DNA of 64,000 nt, taken from NCBI GenBank assembly GCA_031835245.2, contig JAVKOQ020000113.1, positions 62,001-126,000 on the forward strand. The letters run 5' to 3'. Position numbers and translations under genes: made by a program. Shown piece after piece: positions 58,783-64,000 of the stretch (position 1 is its first letter; every line of letters starts with the position of its first letter). The notes below the pieces were generated by a model. The model saw nothing but the letters and a program-made list of their open reading frames with translations, searched no databases and was not told the DNA's origin. The stretch comes from Balamuthia mandrillaris. Taxonomy: Eukaryota.

Positions 58783-58965
58783 TCCCTTTGTTCCTCGCTT
58801 TCGTCTCTCTTCTCTCTTTTTTTTTCTTCTCTGTCGACGGAAAAATCTAGTGCCCAGCAAAACCTTTGGAGCATTTGAGTACGGAAAAACGTGTCCGCAA
58901 AAATAAATGTCTACAGAAAAGCCACTATTTGCAGACAAACAAAAAACTGCGGCCCAGCTTACCGA

Positions 58966-59023
58966 AAGTTTCAAACCACCAATCAAAAATCAAAACATTG
59001 CCTTAAACTTACCATAAAAAGGC
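58966..59023 (+). promoter_or_regulatory. Shared promoter module, copy B
   Basis: Matches 32931-32987, including 19 identical bp. Confidence 0.55.
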
Positions 59024-59196
59024 CTTTTCTGTTGTTCTTTGTCTTATCTCTAGAAGTGATCTTTCATTTCATGTCGACAAAAATTTCGAGACCAACAAAG
59101 AACACGTACACCAAGTCGACACTTGTGGTAGCGGGGAGTACTGGTGGAGGAGTAGAACAAAAGGAAATAGGTAGGCTGTTTGCTGTTTGTTTGGGC

Positions 59197-60260
59197 ATGT
59201 GGCAGCCGTCTCTGATCAATCCGAACCCCGTGCTGTACCCGGCAAAGCATGAGAGGAAGGCAGGACCCTTGGGGCTGGCGTCTTCTTCTGCTTCCGAGCC
59301 ACAACGACAACAATCGAAATCATCTGCCGAGCTCTCATCGTCTTCCCCGTTGTTAGACGCTGTTGATGTCTACGGTAACCGCTTTTTTTTTCCCTACCTC
59401 CTCCTTGCTTCTTTTGTTTCCTAAAAACTAACGCGTTGCTTTACAAATGCTGACAGACATAATACGAGACATCAAAGGTTGGTTTTGCTTCTTCAAAAAG
59501 CTTTTCTGTCTGCGGCTTTCTCATTCTTTTCTCTCTTTCTCCTTCTCTTTTCTCCTCTTCTCTTTCACTCTCTTCTCTGCTTCTCTTTTGTTCTCTGTTG
59601 TTCCTTTCGCTCCATGCAATAGACCCAGAGCATCCCTACACATTAGAGCAGCTGAACGTGGTGGAGGAGGGCCTCATCAAAGTAACCCACTCCAACAACG
59701 GCGCCACCTGCACCATTCACATCGAGTTCACGCCAACGGTGCCGCATTGCAGTTTGGCGACGCTGATAGGGCTCTGCCTGCGGGTCAAACTGGAAAGAGA
59801 GCTGCCGTTTAAGTGTAAAGTCGACATATTTATAACTCCTGGCAAACACTCCACCGAAAAAGAAAGTTCGTTTTACAAGCAGCCAGCACCTCTTTATTTC
59901 TCTTTTCTTCTGCTATTCTCTCCTTTGCTCTTTCTGTGCTTTTTACGTTCTTATTCTTGTCGTTTCTTTATAACTCTCTATCTTTCTCCTTTCTTCTGTC
60001 GCTCTCTTCATGTTTGTCATTGTATCTTATGCTCTTTCTTGTTGGTTTTGTTCTATTGTCAGTCAACAAGCAGATAAATGACAAGGAGCGGATACAGGCC
60101 GCTCTTGAGAATCCCTACCTTAGACCTCTCGTGGAAGGTGACCTGTTATTGCCCATCTCTTTTTTTGTTCCTCTCCTCTTCTCTTTTGCTGACCACCATC
60201 CCAACGCTTTATTCGTTTCTCATCTCTGCAGCTTGCATAAAGGAAGCAGAGGACTTGTAA
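59197..60260 (+). CDS. CIAO2A: MIP18-family cytosolic Fe-S assembly protein (FAM96A-like)
   Basis: [56 protein letters not shown]. Confidence 0.88.
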
Positions 60261-60618
60261 ACTATTGTTTGTTATTATTGATGATAAGGCGAGGAGGCTC
60301 GCGAAGAGGAGGTCTGTAGGGACGGGCAGAGATGAGACAGCTCTTGCCCTTCTTGTGCTACGCCCTCCTTTCGAGCAAGGGCTGCCTGTATGCCTACCTG
60401 CCTGCTTCCCTATTCTCTTCTGTCTACCAAACGAGACTCAAGAAGGGCGGAGGAAGCAGAACTCAAGTGAAAGAAGGCATCCATCCATCCATTATCATCA
60501 TCGTCGTCGTCGTCTGTACAGTAACGTGTTAACGTATTATTATTTATCATTAACAACAGCGCCCATCGGAGGAGAACTCCTTTTTCTCTTCCTTTCTTTC
60601 TTTCTCTTTTTTTCTGTT

Positions 60619-61329
60619 TCACTTGAAGAGAGCCCAAGGGATGGAGCAGTACTCCTGGTGAGTGATGCCAGTGGCCTTCCCCAACAAGCCAACCAACCAA
60701 CTGTCGTAGCTCTCCCCAGCGCCCAGCACGTTGTCCACGTAGACCCTCTTGCCGAGAGCTGCCGCCATGCCGATCTCCGCGTAGGCAAAGGGGCACTCGC
60801 GCGGATCCCCAGGCAGCCGCGCGTAGACCACATCGCACTTGGCGATCTGGTGCCTGAGGTTGAGAAAGATCTGTTCCCGCTCGCGCTCCTCCACGTTGAA
60901 CTCCCGTTGCATGGGGGAGAGGGAGGCCACGGCGGCGGGGTCCTCCATGGCCGCCAGGTCATCCCCGCCGTAGAAAAAGTCGCAGACGTGCTCCTCCAGC
61001 TCTGGCTGGGAGGCCGGGTTGAAGAAGAAGGGTCCGCAGTAGACCCAGTTCTCGTCCAAGTCCAGCTCGAGGTCGTGAAAGTGCTGCAGCTTGGTCGCTC
61101 GGTCTTCGCCTGGCTCCAGCACCAGCTCCTTGAACCGCAGCAAGCCCCTCCAGTCCCTCGTTGGGTGTGTGTAAAACATCATTTTGCCACAAGCATAAAT
61201 CTTTTGTTTGTTTCTTCCGGAACCGCTGCTACCCGCATGCCCATCCCTTGTCGATGGTGGTGCGGAAGAGGAAGCAGACCATGTGCCTTCCTCCCCTCTT
61301 TCTCCACTTTCACTAGAACTTGGCTGCAT
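60619..61329 (-). CDS. Nucleoside 2-deoxyribosyltransferase / nucleotide N-hydrolase-like protein, intronless
   Basis: KIYACGKM, IAKCDVVYARL, AYAEIGMAAALGKRVYV. Confidence 0.65.
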   Translation of the reverse strand: MQPSSSESGERGEEGTWSASSSAPPSTRDGHAGSSGSGRNKQKIYACGKMMFYTHPTRDWRGLLRFKELVLEPGEDRATKLQHFHDLELDLDENWVYCGPFFFNPASQPELEEHVCDFFYGGDDLAAMEDPAAVASLSPMQREFNVEEREREQIFLNLRHQIAKCDVVYARLPGDPRECPFAYAEIGMAAALGKRVYVDNVLGAGESYDSWLVGLLGKATGITHQEYCSIPWALFK

Positions 61330-61374
61330 CTTTGGTTTTTGGCTTCTCTTTCCGCAGCTTCTTTGTTGGGGTTT

Positions 61375-61455
61375 TTTTGGCGGGAGATGATGTCATCGCC
61401 ATCACGTACGCGTGTCGACGCGACCAAGTCGACAAATAAAACATTCCCGCCAAAA
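61375..61455. promoter_or_regulatory. Pair of inverted E2F-type sites in a divergent promoter
   Basis: ttttggcggga (61375-61385) and ttcccgccaaaa (61444-61455). Confidence 0.5.
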
Positions 61456-61644
61456 AAAAAAAGGTTTTCCGTTGTTGCCGTTAACGCAGGAGAAACAGAA
61501 AATCATCTACAGCGTTTTCCAAAGTATTGCCTTCCCTCCGGGACAAAGAAGAAAGAGAGCCGAGCCCCCGAGTGGTGGAACGTTTGCAGGTAAGACAAAC
61601 GCGAGAAGTGGAGACGAAGACAGCAAGGCAAATTAGAACAGAGG

Positions 61645-64000
61645 ATGTACTCGCGAAGCGAACGTTTTCCAAAGCCAAAAAACGCGGACCTGCCGGGCGT
61701 CGGCACCTACAACCCCAAACTGGCCGACCATGTGCCGGCTCCTTACATTTCTCAAACACAACGCTTTCGACAGCGGAGAGGTTTGTTTCTTTTATCATTT
61801 ATAATAACGTTTTTGCCTCCCTGCTTACGGATAACGGTTATCCTCTGCAGAGACGGTGGCACCTGCTTCGCAAGCCGTCAACGAATCTATGCGTAAGGCT
61901 GATGAAGACAAACGCAGAACAACAGGTTTAAAACACTTTCGCTCTCGGCTTTTTGTTCTCTCTATGCTCATAGACTCTTTGCTAGTGGTCGCAAATGATC
62001 TTGAATTGACGCAAGCCCGTCTTGAACTTAACGAACTCCAGCAAAAACTCAAGTCTCAAACCCAACTGGTGAGCCCCGACTGTTCTTTTTAAAACATACA
62101 TGACGAACAAAAATAAACCTGACTCGAAAAATACACTATTACAGGTTCAACAATTGACCAAAGAAAAGGATAATGTGGAGGAAACGTTGGGCCAAGTCCA
62201 GAAGCAGTTGACGAGCCTGCAGGGCAAGGCCGCTTTGGTTCAACGAGAAAAGGCTTCTTTTATCTCTGAAAAGGCTTCTCTGGAGAAAGAACTGCGAGTA
62301 CGTTCTTCCTGTTCCCTTTCTCCTTTCTTCTATCTACGTTCTTCATACTTTCTATTTCCTCAACTATGTCTTTGCTCACACAAGTGATAACCATTCATAG
62401 GAGTTGAGTGTAAAGAATCAACATTTGGAAAAGGAGTTGGAGAAAGAACAAAAGAAAGCGGTCGTTAAGGCACCCCCCACTGTAACGCCCAGCGAGCTCA
62501 CTGTAAAGACTCTGAAGAAGACCATTAAAGAAGGTCGCCTAGCTCTCGACGCCACCAACACCAAACTTCAGAAAAAGCAAAAGCAGCTTCAAGACCTTCA
62601 AAAGGAGCTCGGCGAAAGAACCAAAACCGAGTCTCTTCTCAAGGAACAACTCGAACGAATCTCTCTTCAACTGAAACAAACAAAAGAGGAGAATGCCGCC
62701 CTATTGGAAGCGAAAGAGGGACAGTGGAAGGAGGCAAACGAACAGGTCGCCAAGTGGCGCTCTGAGACACAAGAGCTCAAACTCGTGGGTGAGAGTCTTG
62801 AGCATCGTTTGAAAGCGCTTAACGGCGAGAATCTTCAACTTAACAAACAACTGGAAGCTCAACGTTGTGAATTGGATGCTGAGAAAGAAGCCAAAGCGAC
62901 CACCTCGAAACGGTTGAAAGAGGAGCAACTGCGATGCAACGAGTTAACAGAAGAAGTGCAGACCTTGGAAGAACGTTTATCGCAACAGGAAGAGGAGGTG
63001 AAAAAATTGGAGAAAGATGTTGATAATAAGACCGAGGAATGTGTTCAGTTGGAAGAACGTGTGGCAGCTCTTAAGGCTGATCTCTCTTCCAAAGAAGACG
63101 CGTTGGAACAACAACGAGAGGAATGCAGTCGTTTAAAGGGAAGTTTGGAGACCGCTTTACTTCGTTCACGAGAGTTGGAGGAGCAACTCGCTGAAGAGAA
63201 GCAGATAGAGGAGCAGCTCCATTCTCGCCTTCAATCTCTGTCCGATTCTTTGACGGAGGCTCAACGGCATCACAAAGAACAATTGGAGCAACAAAGAGAA
63301 CACCTCGAAGAAAGCAAACGTTTGGTGGAACGCGAGTTGGAGTCTGTTCGGGAAGAGGCTACATTGAAGCAACGCTCCTTTGAAGAAGAGATGGAAAGAT
63401 TGGTTTCGGAGCAACAAATGCAACAAGCACAATACCAAAGCGAAATGTCTCTTTTGAAGGAAGAATGGAAGAAGAGGTTGAGCGATGCAGAGAGTGACCG
63501 AAAGCAACAGTTGAAGCAATTAGAAGAGGAACTTGCCCTGGAAGCTGCTCAGAAGGAGGAGGCAATGAAGAATGACTTTGCGGAAGAACGAAAGAAGATG
63601 GCGTGTGAAGCACTGGAAAGAATGAAGCAGCGAGAAGCTGAGTTAAGAGCTGAAAGCATCGAAGAGACGTCTCGCAAACAGAAAGCACTGTTGCTTCAAC
63701 ATGAAGAGCGACTGAATGAAGAGCTTCTCACACTCTCTCAACGCTTGAAAGAGGAACATGAGAAGAAGGTGAGGAAGTTGAAGGAAGAGCATGACGACAT
63801 TCTCTATACGCTCCGTCAAGATTTGGAGAGCAGCCTGCTCGCCAAGCAACAACACTATGAACAAATGTTAAGAGAGCAAGAAGAGAGCATCAACGCTCGT
63901 TGGCAACAAGCAAAGATCCAAATGAAAGCTCAACATGAAGCTCGATTGAAGGAGGTCGAAGAGGAACATGAACAAGCAATGAACCAACAGAGAGAAGAGC
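61645..64000 (+). CDS. Long coiled-coil protein with a PGxGxY N-terminal motif (HMMR-like), runs off the window
   Basis: MYSRSERFPKPKNADLPGVGTYNPK, followed by short introns and a long E/K/Q-rich exon from ~62401. Confidence 0.65.

Noticed and set aside
60265..61593. 442-aa plus-strand ORF, and similarly 31457-32500
   Set aside because: Antisense shadows of GC-rich minus-strand genes with no motifs.

Overview
Gene-dense, intron-rich eukaryotic DNA; an amoebozoan is inferred from a CudA-like factor, a Dictyostelium-type class I PI3K and a two-kinase GCN2. Host genes: CDC73, a CudA-like factor, an LRR protein, GCN2, UFD2/UBE4, C12orf4, sds22, a PARP14-like macro-WWE-ART, a RhoGEF, tRNA-Leu(TAA), CCDC174, PI3K, a GCIP-like protein, CIAO2A, an NDT-like gene and a coiled-coil protein. 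The first ~2.4 kb is a decayed L1-like LINE inside a CpG-depleted block (1-4660). The main result is a family of Fanzor2 (eukaryotic TnpB) RNA-guided nuclease elements. Copy 2 (46596-49093) is complete: 19-bp perfect TIRs (about 40 bp imperfect), a 10-bp target duplication, no transposase, an intact RuvC D-E-D triad, an N-terminal C2H2 finger and a structured omega-RNA candidate overlapping the stop codon. It sits 80 bp downstream of a tRNA, and 14 nt of its RNA region exactly match the flank 35 bp outside the element. Copy 1 (4663-7149) is near-identical and inverted, has lost its right TIR, and differs mostly in the predicted TAM-reading helices. A decayed Fanzor of a second family lies in the last GCN2 intron, and an unexplained structured RNA candidate lies upstream of GCN2. 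All calls are by eye; no searches or folding were run, and multi-exon gene limits are approximate.
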